From NCBI GenBank assembly GCA_016748015.1, contig JAAOMT010000372.1, positions 744,001-808,000 of the forward strand: a DNA stretch of 64,000 nucleotides. The letters are read 5' to 3'. Below are positions 10,713 to 21,938 of the stretch, in pieces. Each line of letters starts with the position of its first letter. Within the stretch, counting starts at the first letter, position 1. The notes beneath the pieces were generated by a model. The model saw only the letters and a list, made by a program, of their open reading frames with translations. It made no database searches and was not told the origin of the DNA. The stretch comes from Geosiphon pyriformis uo1. Lineage: Eukaryota > Fungi > Glomeromycota. The position numbers and the translations under genes are program-made.

Positions 10713-13700
10713 AATAACACAGCAACAACAAATTCAAAGTGGTGACCGCCTCAGACATCACAACCTTAGAGTACTATCAATCAATTTATACACACTGCAA
10801 ACAATGATTTAAAATATGTGACGGAATCATAGCTTTCAAGAAAACACTTTTTCAATATATCAAAAATTGAATCAATGACTACCTCTTTGGAAACTATAAC
10901 ATTACAACAGTTAAAAGAGATCTTCTTGAGAACATACTACACTATTTCAACACTGAATTAGAAAACATTAGTGCTGAAGCTTGTGCTACTTATTTTGAGG
11001 AATTCAATTATAATATCATTCGATTCTGTAAAGAAAAATATCCTGCAAATGCACAATTTGCCTTTGAACTTGAATCTGAACCTGAAACCAATAGCAACAA
11101 AAGACAAAAAGATAACCGACCTGTTCACACAACACCCAATACTCCCAAAATATCATTCAAACATTTACAAACACTTGAACAAAGAACCAGTTCAAAACTT
11201 CTACTTACTATCACATCTTTTCCAGCTTCACTTGCATAAGCACAAACACCTAATTCACTCTTGAATCAATTTGCAAGACCAGAAGATTTTACATCACTCA
11301 GAAATCCCACCAGACAACAAGAACCCCTTCAAACTAGTTTCAATTTCCTTGACTTTCTAGCTGAAAACCAAAGTGAACACTCTGAAATAACAGCAAATGA
11401 AGAAAACGAACCTGAAATATCTGAAGAAGAATCAATAGACAGTGAAAACGAAGAAGACGAAATGACAACATACATCGCAAAAATCTCTGAATTTAATGGA
11501 GAAGACATTGAGACCAGTCCCCAAGAATGGCTCGACCAAGTTACTAAAGCTGGAGATGCAAATGGATGAAATGCTGCCAGAATGTTAAGAACAATTCCCT
11601 ACTTTCTCAAAGAAACAGCAAGAGAATGGTTTGAAAACCTTGCCACCCCATTCAATGATTGGAACACTTTCAAAGCAGTCTTCCTTGAACAGTTCACTGA
11701 CAATAACACCTCCATCACTCTTTGCAATCGTTTTCAAAATATCAAATAAGAACCCTCCGAATCTGTTATGACTTATATTGGGAAATTCAACAAACTTTTC
11801 AGACAAATTCGCCAACTCGAGACAAATGATTATTATTCTGATGCTCAAATCTTGGATCAATTTATCACTGGTCTAAAAAATAAACTAATTAAAAAGGTTT
11901 GCCCACATGTGCCAGAAGATTTAAACTCTGCTATACAGCATGCAAAAAGATATGAAATGGTCATGGAAGAGGCCAACCGCACAAAACTTGTAAATTTGGC
12001 AATTGGAGAAACCAGCTCAGCAGTCAAGAAAAAAATTGACCAACTCACAAAGAAGGTTGAAAACTATTTCACCAATCAACAACAACAGCAACCCCAAAGA
12101 TATCAACTACCCCAAAGACGAAATCAAAATAACTTTGCACCACTTTCCAATAACCAGCCTCAGAATTGCCATTACTGTAAAATCTCTGGCCACTGAAAAA
12201 GAGATTGCAGAAAGCTACAATGAGATCAACAAAATAGGAGTAATCAATGTTACCCTCTACCACAGCAATCTTATTATCAACCACCATCATTAGCTTACTA
12301 TCCACCAAGACTCCAATACCAAAATAACTATTATCAGCCAGCCCTACAGCCAATCCAACAGCAATATTAACAACCACCCACACAACATTATCAAGTATCT
12401 GTTTGAAGACTGATTACACAAAATCAATTCACACTACAAAACTAATACCAAGTAAACAACAATAGAATCAGTTCAAACAACCAATTGGTTCCCCAAAATA
12501 CCATTCAACCAAGACCCAACCACTACCACACTCAACCCAGTTATTTAACAATGCTGGAAGAACAGGATTTTCACCATACTGCACTCTCGGAAGGTAGAGC
12601 TGCAGCACAACAACAACAAAACCCTTCTTATACTCCCACCACAATTCCACCAGCCAGAATCACTGAAAACGCTAACCTTTCAGATATATTCCCTTTTGAG
12701 TTCGAAGCAAATGAGTCATCATTTCTGCTTAGCAATGCAGCTGCCAATAAACAAAAAGCAATCACAGCCATGTACACTGAAGCTGAAGTCGAAGGAAAGA
12801 CAATTCACTTGATCCTAGACAGTGAATCCGCTGGAAGCATTATCACCTACCAGTTAATACAACAGTTGAAGAGAAATGTTGACCGACCAGCTCAAACAGT
12901 AATCATCACTGCCAATGGCATGAAAAAGACCCCAGTAGGAGAAATTGACAATTTTCTATTCACTCTTGATGGAATCACCATTCCAGTCAAAGTTCTTGTA
13001 GTGAATACACCTTAGTACCAAGCTCTTGTTGAAAATGATTGGCTTCAAAAAACCAATGCTAATCTGAATTGGAAAACGCAAGAGTTAACAATCTCCTACC
13101 AAGGACAACATGCCCGAGTACTTGCCACTTGTGGTACATTCAACAAATGCTCTGAAAAAGCCCCAGCTTTTGAATTCGAACCAGAAGAGGAAAAACTCCT
13201 CATTGAAACATTTATGGCACTTGGATCAACATCTAACTGGGCTGATGAAACAGAACAAGAACATTTTACCCCACATTCTGAACCTGAAACCTCTGGATGG
13301 AATATACCTTACTCAAAACCCAAACCAAGGAAACAATGCCCCTATATTCTCCTTAAATGTAAGGACTGCTACAAGAAACTATCGTCAATGGGAGCCTGCA
13401 TTTCACCTAAAAAAGAATATAAAAATCATACTTGTTATTACTGCAAGACTTGTCACAGAGAACGATAGGATCATCTAATAAAAAGGAGTGGAAAATGGGA
13501 CAACACCCCTTGTTTAACTTGTGGAGATATGCTACCAGAAGAATGCAATTGGATTGATGTAGCCATGAGAGGAGGAGTTTGCGATCAGACCTGCCAATAT
13601 GCTTTATCAATTTCAGAAAAAGTAAAAAGAGAAACACTCTTTAATGCAGCATATAACAGTGCTCTCAACAAACTTTATCACTACCCCCATAATGCTGAGA

Positions 13701-14089
13701 TGATTTTTGACCTAGCAATGGCATTAATTAACAGAGCTACCAAAAAAGATGTTTGCCAAATAAAGGAAGCAGAATACATTGAATACACCATGGAATTAGC
13801 TGGATTCGATTACAAAGATAAAGTAGAAGTCTACCACCAAATTGCAAGTCACACCTACCCAACTCAAGAAGCTCAAATTCAACAATTAGAGCAAATGAAC
13901 ATTAGGCTATGTGAAGAATGCATTATGCCTTGCAATGAACAATGGTGTCCAGAATGCTATGCTCTTAGTATCCCCTTGCCCAGTGAAAATGATGAGAATG
14001 AAATTGAATTTGTAGAACCTGAAGCAACAGAAGAAATTGAAATAACACCTATCTACTTTATCAAAAATCAGCCTTCCTTACAACTTAAA

Positions 14090-14510
14090 TACTTCAACAA
14101 CAACGGACAAGAAATAAAACCCGAAAAAGCACACGAAATTGATACTGGATATAACTTAAGATATCCAGGCAAAGATACTCTTGTTCTCAAACCCAAATCT
14201 CTCACAAAAATCAACCTCAAAATTGCACTTGAAATTCCGCCAGGAGCAATGGTTCAAATTACCTCCCGGTCCTCTTTGGCAAGCAAAGAAATCAATGTCA
14301 GAGGAGGAATAATTGATGCTAGATATACTGGAGACATTACAGTAATGCTTCAAAATAAAACTGACAAACCATTCAAGATTGAACATGCTGAAAAAATTGC
14401 CCAAGCTATTTACCTACCCTTAATCAACATTTCGGGTTTGCAACTAGTCAATCAAAGAGAACAATTAGGAAAAAGTGATAGAGGAACCCAAGGTTTTGGT
14501 TCAACTGGAT
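14090..14510 (+). pseudogene. dut: Element C dUTPase domain
   Basis: All five trimeric dUTPase motifs: TGYNL, SRSSLA, GGIIDARYTGDI, KIAQAI, RGTQGFGSTG. Confidence 0.95.
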
Positions 14511-16401
14511 GATTCACAGTTCTAGTTAACATAGCTCTTAACACATGGAATGAATCCCACCAGATTCTCAGACTTCTACAACCGATTACAATTTCACCCT
14601 TTAGAAAACATCCAGAAATCTACACCTGCTCAAAGCCAACAACCACACAACAAATTTTTGAGTCCAATGAACAAGTCTGCTTAGAACATAATATTTTGAT
14701 CCCAAACATTTATATTCCAAAAGGAACAAAGAAAGTCCGAGTTACTTTTTACAAACCCAATAATTACCCCATAATTTTATTAAATAATTTAGAAATTGGA
14801 GTTATTCACAGTAATATATTTTAACAAGAATTACCCCAAACAGTCTCTGATTTCTCTGAAATTATTGGACATTCAATACCAAAAATCAACCCAAACCCCA
14901 GCTCCGAAAACTACCATGTTGTCATAGAAAAACTATCTCGAATCAATATGGAACAACTTGAATCACAACAACAGACCCAGCTCAAAGAGCTAATTACAGA
15001 ATTTGCTGATATCTTTGCTAAAAACAACAATGACTTAGGAAGAACCAATTTGGTCCAACACCAAATTTATACAGGAGATGCCAAACCAAGAAGACAACAA
15101 GCATATCGAGTTGCTTCAGAAAGCCACCAATTCATCTAAGAAGAAGTACAACAAATGCTTAACAATGGGCTCATCCAACTCTCTATAAGTCCTTGAGCTT
15201 CACCTGTAATGCTAGTTAAAAAAAAATGGGAAGATCCAATTTTGTGTTGACTATTGACAACTCAACAGTGTTACAATTAGAGACGCCTACCCCCTTCCCC
15301 AGATTGATGACATATTGGATGCCCTTAGAAAATCCAAATACTTTTCAACACAAGATTTAGAAAGCAGTTACTGGCAAGTTGCTATGGATCCCAAAGATCG
15401 CTCCAACACAGCATTCACCACCCAAGGTGGAAATTACAAGTTCAATATAATGCCTTTCGGATTATGCAATGCACCAGCAATGTTTCAGAGATTAATGGAT
15501 GTTGTGTACCAAGGACTTCTTTGGAAATCAGTAGTCGTTTATCTTGACAATACTGATGTTTATTCTCCATTATTTGAATTACACTTAAAACACCTGCAAG
15601 AAGTTTTTCAATGATTACAAAAAGCAGGACTAAAACTCAATATTGAAAAATACTACTTTGGAAAAACAAGCCTGGTTTTCCTTGGTCATATCATTAGTAA
15701 AGATGGAATTAAACCAGATCCTGAAAAAATCAGCGTTGTCAAAAACTTCAAAACTCTTCGAAACACTACAGAACTAAGAGGATTCATAGGATTAGCATTG
15801 TACTATTGGAAGTTTATCAAAGGATTTTTGGAAATTGCAAAACCTCTCAACCAGCTCACCACCAAAAACATTGAATACAAATGGACTACCGAACACCAAA
15901 AAGCTTTTGAAATTCTCAAGGAAAAACTGACAACAGCTCTAATTCTCGCCTACTCAAATTTCAGCAACCAATTTTGACTAGCTACAGATGCTTTATATAC
16001 TGCCTTTAGTGCTATCTTATCACAACTAGATGACAACGGAAATAAGCAAGTAATTGCTTATGCTAGCAGAACATTAAAACTAGCTGAGAAAAACTACCCT
16101 GCCACAGAACTAGAAACAGCAGCCATAATTTGGGCTCTACACCACTTCAACCTTTATTTCAGGCCTAAAGAATTCGATATTATCACTGATAATATTGGAC
16201 TCAAATGGCTTCAGAACAAAAATACTCAGCTGAATGCAAAACAAACCTGATGGACAGGATTTCTAGCAAACTATCAATACATAGTACATCACAAACCAGG
16301 AAAACTCCACACCAATGTTAACTGTCTCTCCAGAATAAGACAAGATTAGAAAAACACAAAAACCAACACTCAACTTAACCAATCAAAAGAGCCAACAAAC
16401 A

Positions 16402-17762
16402 ATGAATTCGGAAAACTACAATGATCTTAAACAATATTTGGAAACATTAACAATCCCAACAGATTGGTCTCCAGATGAAAAACATCGACTACAACAACAA
16501 GCCAAACAATATTTTCTACACAACAACATTATTTATTACCGAAATTTCAAAAACCCAGACAAACCACTTAGATTAATACAAAAACAGAAAAAAGAGACTA
16601 TATTATACAACATGCACTCAGATCTTTCATCAGCCTACTTCGGAAAAGACAGCACCACCCAAAGAACACTAGAATACTACTTTTGGCCTTGAATGAAAAA
16701 AGACATTCACGAATATGTCGAATCTTGTGATAGTTGTTAAAAAAGAGGAGAAATTTGCCCTACAGAACCTTTAAACCCAATCAAAGTTGAACAGTCTTTT
16801 GACAGAGTTGGTATCAATTTAGTCGGACCACTACCTATCACAAACCAAGGAAACTGCTACATTGCAGTAGCCATAGACTATCTTACCAAATGGCCTGAAG
16901 CCAGAGCCATTCAATGGGCAGATGCAAAATCAGTAGCAAACTTCATCTACAAAGACATCATTTGTAGACATAGATGCCCAATAGAACTTTTATCTGATCA
17001 AGGAACACATCTTGTGAACAATTTAATGTCAAGAGACCATTATCTTTATCCTACCATCCATAAACAAATGGACTGGTAGAACAGTTCAACAGAACATTGT
17101 GTGAATCATTAGCCAAAGTTTTAACCAATTTTGAGCAAGAATGGAATCTCTTTATTCCATCAGTGTTACTAGCATATAGAACACTAAAACAAGATACCAC
17201 AAAACACACACCATTTGATTTAACTTACGGAAGGATGGCAACATTACCAATTAGTTTCACAGTGGAAACATACTCAGTATAACCAATCGATGAAAACAAT
17301 TTCCAAGAAACGCTTCAATGAAGAGCCTACACTCTGCTTAGCACATTGGAAGGAAAACAATGAATAGCAGCCACCCATATTGAACACTCCCAAGCTTAAC
17401 AAAAAGAACGGCATGATGACAAATTGCCTCCAGTCACCATTGAATTTAAAATTGGAAACAAAGTTCTCTTACACAGAACTAAAGCTGAAAAACAATGGAA
17501 TGGAAAATTTGAAAATAAATGGGATGAACCATTCTTTATCCATGAAGTTTTAGGCAACAGATTATACAAGCTAAGACTTGATGACAAAATTCTAGCAAAA
17601 GTTGCACATGGAGATTGTTTGAAACACTATAATTTCAGAAACAATCCTGAACCATTAATTCCACAAATTGGTACACATTCCCCTTTAATCAATCCCAAAG
17701 ACATTCTCTGAAATTTAGAACCAATAGTTGTCATTGAACAGCCTCACAACTTGAACACTTAA
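16402..17762 (+). pseudogene. int: Element C integrase, stand-alone ORF (pseudo)
   Basis: Starts ATG MNSENYNDLKQYL; Zn-finger, DDE core (DYLTKWPEA, SDQG, TNGLVEQFNRTL), WDEPF (GPY/F) motif; no chromodomain. Confidence 0.92.
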
Positions 17763-17879
17763 TTTAAATTTATTATTATAGTTATCTTCTTATAATTTAG
17801 AAACAATCTCACAAAAACAAAAAATAACATAAAAACCCATGCACCAAAAATAATTTTCTTTTATTTCAAATTGCTTATA

Positions 17880-18599
17880 ATGACTATTCTTCAAAACATT
17901 CAACAATTATCCCAAAAACTAATGTTAGCTTTAAAAACAATATCTGAATTATCCATTACTGTTACTGAAAACCACATTAATTATACCCAAACAGAAGTAA
18001 TTACAAATTTAGCCCCAAATTCACGAAAATATCACCCATATAAAAAGAACACAAAAAGTTATTCTGGAATTCACCTGCCAGAACTTTTAAAGCTTGCTTT
18101 AAGAGAAAACCTAATGCTCACTCCGATTAGTATTCCACCAAATGCTACAATTCAACAAAGACTTCAACTGTGTCTCAATGAGGAAAACACTGAATATCCT
18201 CCAATCTATAGATATTTCCACATTGGAAAAACACTCTATGAATGGAAACTGGAACTTACAACAGCAAACCTCACAAAAGAAGCTATTCAGAAACAACTTC
18301 ACAATGAATTCAAGACAACAGCTGAACCAACAAACAGTCACTACAAACTCAGAGCTGCTCTTAGACTTTATGACCTATTCTACACCTGTGAAAATGTCCT
18401 ACAAAACCCAATTTTACGACCTTTAAAGATACAATACATTGGAAAGCTCACAGAACCGAAATTTAAACAATTTTCAGGCCAAATTTCTTCAATAATTTTG
18501 GATTACTATCTGGAAATTACAGACAGTACTTGGACTTTGATGGAGCTCAGTCTTAAGGAGAAGGTTATGTTACCAGACGAAATTAGAGATATTATTTAG
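17880..18599 (+). CDS. Element C ORF3, 239-aa protein of unknown function (intact)
   Basis: Uninterrupted ORF from ATG 17880 through the PPT, stopping inside the 3' LTR; homologs in B, D and E. Confidence 0.85.
   Translation: MTILQNIQQLSQKLMLALKTISELSITVTENHINYTQTEVITNLAPNSRKYHPYKKNTKSYSGIHLPELLKLALRENLMLTPISIPPNATIQQRLQLCLNEENTEYPPIYRYFHIGKTLYEWKLELTTANLTKEAIQKQLHNEFKTTAEPTNSHYKLRAALRLYDLFYTCENVLQNPILRPLKIQYIGKLTEPKFKQFSGQISSIILDYYLEITDSTWTLMELSLKEKVMLPDEIRDII
18555..18567 (+). promoter_or_regulatory. Polypurine tract of element C
   Basis: AAGGAGAAGG-TTA adjoining the 3' LTR. Confidence 0.88.
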
Positions 18600-19543
18600 C
18601 ATAAAATTATCTTATAATTTCTATCATTAATTAGCATATATTATCATTTCAAATTATCACTTATTATATTAGCAAAAATGTCCGAAATTATCATTTAATT
18701 AATAACTCAAATTGTACACAACACAAATGTAACCTAATTGCAATGATCAATCATGCAATACCCTGAACTATGTAACATTCAAAAGTTCGCTGAAATTTAT
18801 AGAAATTTGCCAAAATAATTGATAGTTCACCAAAATATCTAATAGTTCGCAGAAATAACTTGTAGTTCACCAAAATGTATTTTTAGTTCAGTGAAATTGT
18901 AGAAAATAACAAAGTTCAAGTTCATAGAATAGTGTTACAACAAGTTGTATAAAAAAAGAGCTTCTCTCTTCAAGAAAATGTATCTTACTTTAGATTTAAC
19001 AATTAGAATCATCCTTTATACACAAAACGAAATAAATATCAAATAATTCAAAAAATCAAATCCTGAATTATTTCACTTTTGAAATTAACTAATTCCTATG
19101 AAACAGTTTGAAATTGATTAGCTACCAATTTCAGTAAACTGTTAGTGACTCCAGGCCTGGATAGAAAACGTTTCCCTTGACAGAATTCTATTTCTTTTAC
19201 ATTTCTTTTATTTTCTTTTCTTTTCTTTTTACAATCATTAGGGTAGCCTACAGACAAGATTTCTGTAGAAAAGTTGACTTTCACAGCAAAGTAGCTATAC
19301 ATTTTAGCAAGCTTTCAGATAAGCAATTCCTGAGAAAGAGTTGATGTTTACTACAACGTAACTACATAAAGTAATTGGCACGGAATTGGTCATTCCACTT
19401 ATAAGCCCAGCAATTCAAATTATAGAAAATAATTTGAAGATAAATTCAGTTATTGGAGGTTTAACCACATCCAGAAAACATGCATTCACAGCAAACAAGC
19501 ATCGACAACATTTAAGAAAAGAGACCAAAAACCTCTGGTAACA
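18568..19543 (+). repeat. 3' LTR of element C
   Basis: Direct repeat of 9718-10693, followed by TSD GTAG. Confidence 0.97.
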
Positions 19544-20939
19544 GTAGCCATTCAGACATGCCAAAACATAGTTTTATGCAACATTGAAAGGTGTTCCACA
19601 ACTGATCCAGTTATTAATAAGGATTATGTATTGGCACAAGACATTACACATTCTTCCTTAACTAGGAATATTGTTTCACATTTTTTCATTGAGTAACTGT
19701 TTTCCATAAGTAAGACATAATTTGTTGTTCCATTTGCCTTGTCATTTGGGGTACTTATAATGTTCTCTGTAATATAATTTGCAGTAGTAATGGGTACATG
19801 TCCAATAGTCTTTGTCAGATATAATCCATGCTTTTATGAAAGAAAGTTTTTTGTTACAATCTTGGCATTTGAGTAAAATGTATGATGGTTGCTTCAGTGG
19901 CTCATGTGTGTAAAATTTTTCCCAGCCACTAGTTATTTTTTCTGTGGTGGTGTTTTTTTCTAGTACATTCTCTTTTTTTTTTTTTCTTTGTTGTTCCAAG
20001 AAAGTATTAGTGATAACTTGTTGTGTTCAGTATTAGTTCAAGAAACTTAGTAGGCTTCTCAGGTAGATTTTTTTTCTTTATTGTTGAACTTGATAAGTGG
20101 TGCCATGATGTGAGTAGTCTTAAAGTAACCACACATGGCTGGTACATGTGTGTGTTGTCTGTTCTGGCTGAGTTGCAATTTCTGGGTGGTCCAGTTAAGT
20201 ACAGCATTGGTTTTAGACAACTAATTGTTGCCAATAAGTGCTTGGTATTGGGTTGTTTCTATTACCAAGACTTTGATTGGTACAGTAATGCTGTTGACTT
20301 CAAAGGAAAAGTCATCAATCTTGCCAATGAGAGTTTTTATGGCTTCATTAGCTGTAATAATTCTAGCACTGGCAGTACAATTAACTCAACAACTTAATTG
20401 GTTCATAAGTTATTATGTAATGATGCTATTAGCTGATCTACTGTCTAAGATCAGTTTAATGAGCTGTTTATCAACTTTAACATCTGTATATATTGCAGTG
20501 ATGGATTTTGATTCCAGAGTAGCTCTACTGAATAGTGGCATTTCCACTGATTTCTTGAGTTCAAAAGAAAAGATAGTGGTAAGTGATTCATTTTCAGTAA
20601 TGATTGCTGGCAGTATGTTGTTAGTAAATGGCTGTTTTTGTTTGGCTTCTAAGTTGTTGGATGTGGTATCTTCTGAGATAACCAGAAACTTAAATAGTTC
20701 TGGGAATTTGGGTTTTAAGAATACTCAGTTCCCAAACTCTGCTGACATAATCCTGATTTTTGGTTAAAAAAACTGGGGATTAGTTAATAGACTACTATTA
20801 CCAGTCTCCAGTTTTGTTGAATCATTCTCAGTCTTTGGTTTCCAAGTAACATTGGAGCTGAATTTTGAGATGGCATTTGAATCAGTTGAGACTGATAGAT
20901 TACTTGTGGCTACAGCTAATAGATAGATTGTGGCTGTGG
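19544..20939 (-). pseudogene. Element B middle segment: Gag C-terminus, protease and Cys-rich domain
   Basis: Minus strand ITAIYTDVKVDKQLIKLILDS protease and CQDC...CTHYYCKLY Cys-rich segment homologous to C 13350-13610. Confidence 0.88.
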
Positions 20940-21919
20940 TGTTACCAGACAAAATTAGAAATATTATTTAGCATGAAATTATCTTTATTCCTATCATTAA
21001 TTAACATATATTATCGTTTCAAATTATTACCTATTACATTAGCAAAATGTCCAAAATTATCATTTAATTAATAACCCAATATGTACATAACACAAATGTA
21101 ATTTAAGTGTGATGATCAATTATGCAATACTCCGAAATATGTAATATTCAAAAGTTTGCCAAAATTTGTAGAAATTCACTGAAATAATTAACAGTTCACC
21201 AAAATATCTAATAGTTCACAGAAATAACTTGTAGTTCACTGAAATGTATCTTTAGTTTAGCGAAATTGTAGAAAAGAACAAAGTTCAAGTTCATAAAATA
21301 GTGTTACAATAAGTTGTATAAAAGAAGAGCTTCTCTCTTCAAGAAAATATATCTTACTTTAGATTTACCTCTTAGAACTGTTCCTATATACACAAAAAGA
21401 AATAAATATCAAATAATTTGAAAAACCAAATTCTTTAATTATTACACTTGAAAAATCCTCAAAACCCAACTAATGTTTTGAAATTAATTAGCTACCAATT
21501 TCAGTAAAACTGTTAGTGACTCCAGGCCTGAATAGAAAACGTTTCTCTTGACAGAATTCTATTTCTTTTACATTTTTTTTATTTTCATTCTTTTATTTTC
21601 TTATTATAATTATTAAGGTAGCTTACAGACAAGATTCCTGTAGAAGAGTTGACTTTCGCAGCAAAGTAACTACACATTTTAGTAAGCTTCCAGACGAGCA
21701 ATTCCTAGGAAAGAGTTGACATTTACTACAACATAACTACACAAAGCAACTGGCACAGAATTGGCCATTTCACTTATAAGCCCAGCAGTTCAAATTATAA
21801 AAGATAATTTAAAGATAAAATTCAATTATTGAAGGTTCAAACACTTCCCATAGTCATGAATTAACAGTATTACAACAAACATACAAGAGCTAAGAAGAGA
21901 CCAAAAACTTCTGGTAACA
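20940..21919 (+). repeat. 5' LTR of element D
   Basis: TGTTACC...GGTAACA; repeat of 29802-30781. Confidence 0.96.
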
Positions 21920-21938
21920 TTTGGTGCTCTCCCACAGA
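21920..21938 (+). promoter_or_regulatory. Primer-binding site of element D
   Basis: TT-TGGTGCTCTCCCACAG directly after the LTR. Confidence 0.85.

Larger units (their letters stand above)
10694..16349 (+). pseudogene. gag-pol: Element C Gag-PR-Cys-rich-dUTPase-RT-RNase H polyprotein (pseudo)
   Basis: ORF pieces 11261, 11768, 12485, 13214, 13529 and 14948 are all in one frame; CCHC CHYCKISGH, LILDS protease, dUTPase motifs, YLDN RT (frameshift at an A-run ~15220); ends SRIRQD-TAG at 16347-16349. Confidence 0.93.
9718..19543 (+). mobile_element. Ty3/Gypsy LTR retrotransposon C (dUTPase-bearing), full length
   Basis: 976-bp LTRs with TGTTACC...GGTAACA ends, TSD GTAG (9714-9717 and 19544-19547), PBS, PPT and full domain set. 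Confidence 0.97.

Noticed and set aside
14090-14510. dUTPase as a host housekeeping gene, or as protection against the observed C>T decay
   Set aside because: It is in frame within the polyprotein of four elements. dUTPase sanitises nucleotide pools and cannot prevent deamination of cytosine already in DNA.
15215-15235. Programmed frameshift at the A-run in RT (also 26457-26466)
   Set aside because: It lies inside the conserved RT motif VxKKxGxxRF at a homopolymer, which fits slippage decay.
11565-16260. Alternative genetic code (TGA/TAA readthrough) to explain the many in-frame stops
   Set aside because: Stops mostly differ between sisters C and D and map to CAA, CGA, CAG or TGG in the other copy, so they are mutations.
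17880-18599. ORF3 as a retroviral Env or chromodomain
   Set aside because: No hydrophobic signal or transmembrane segment, no fusion-peptide pattern and no chromodomain aromatic-cage motif.
20023-20767. Plus-strand ORFs of 124 and 180 aa as genes
   Set aside because: They are antisense shadows of element B's protease region. The same applies to most short ORFs opposite the Pol and LINE frames (e.g. 11585-11860, 37648-38091, 58596-59036).
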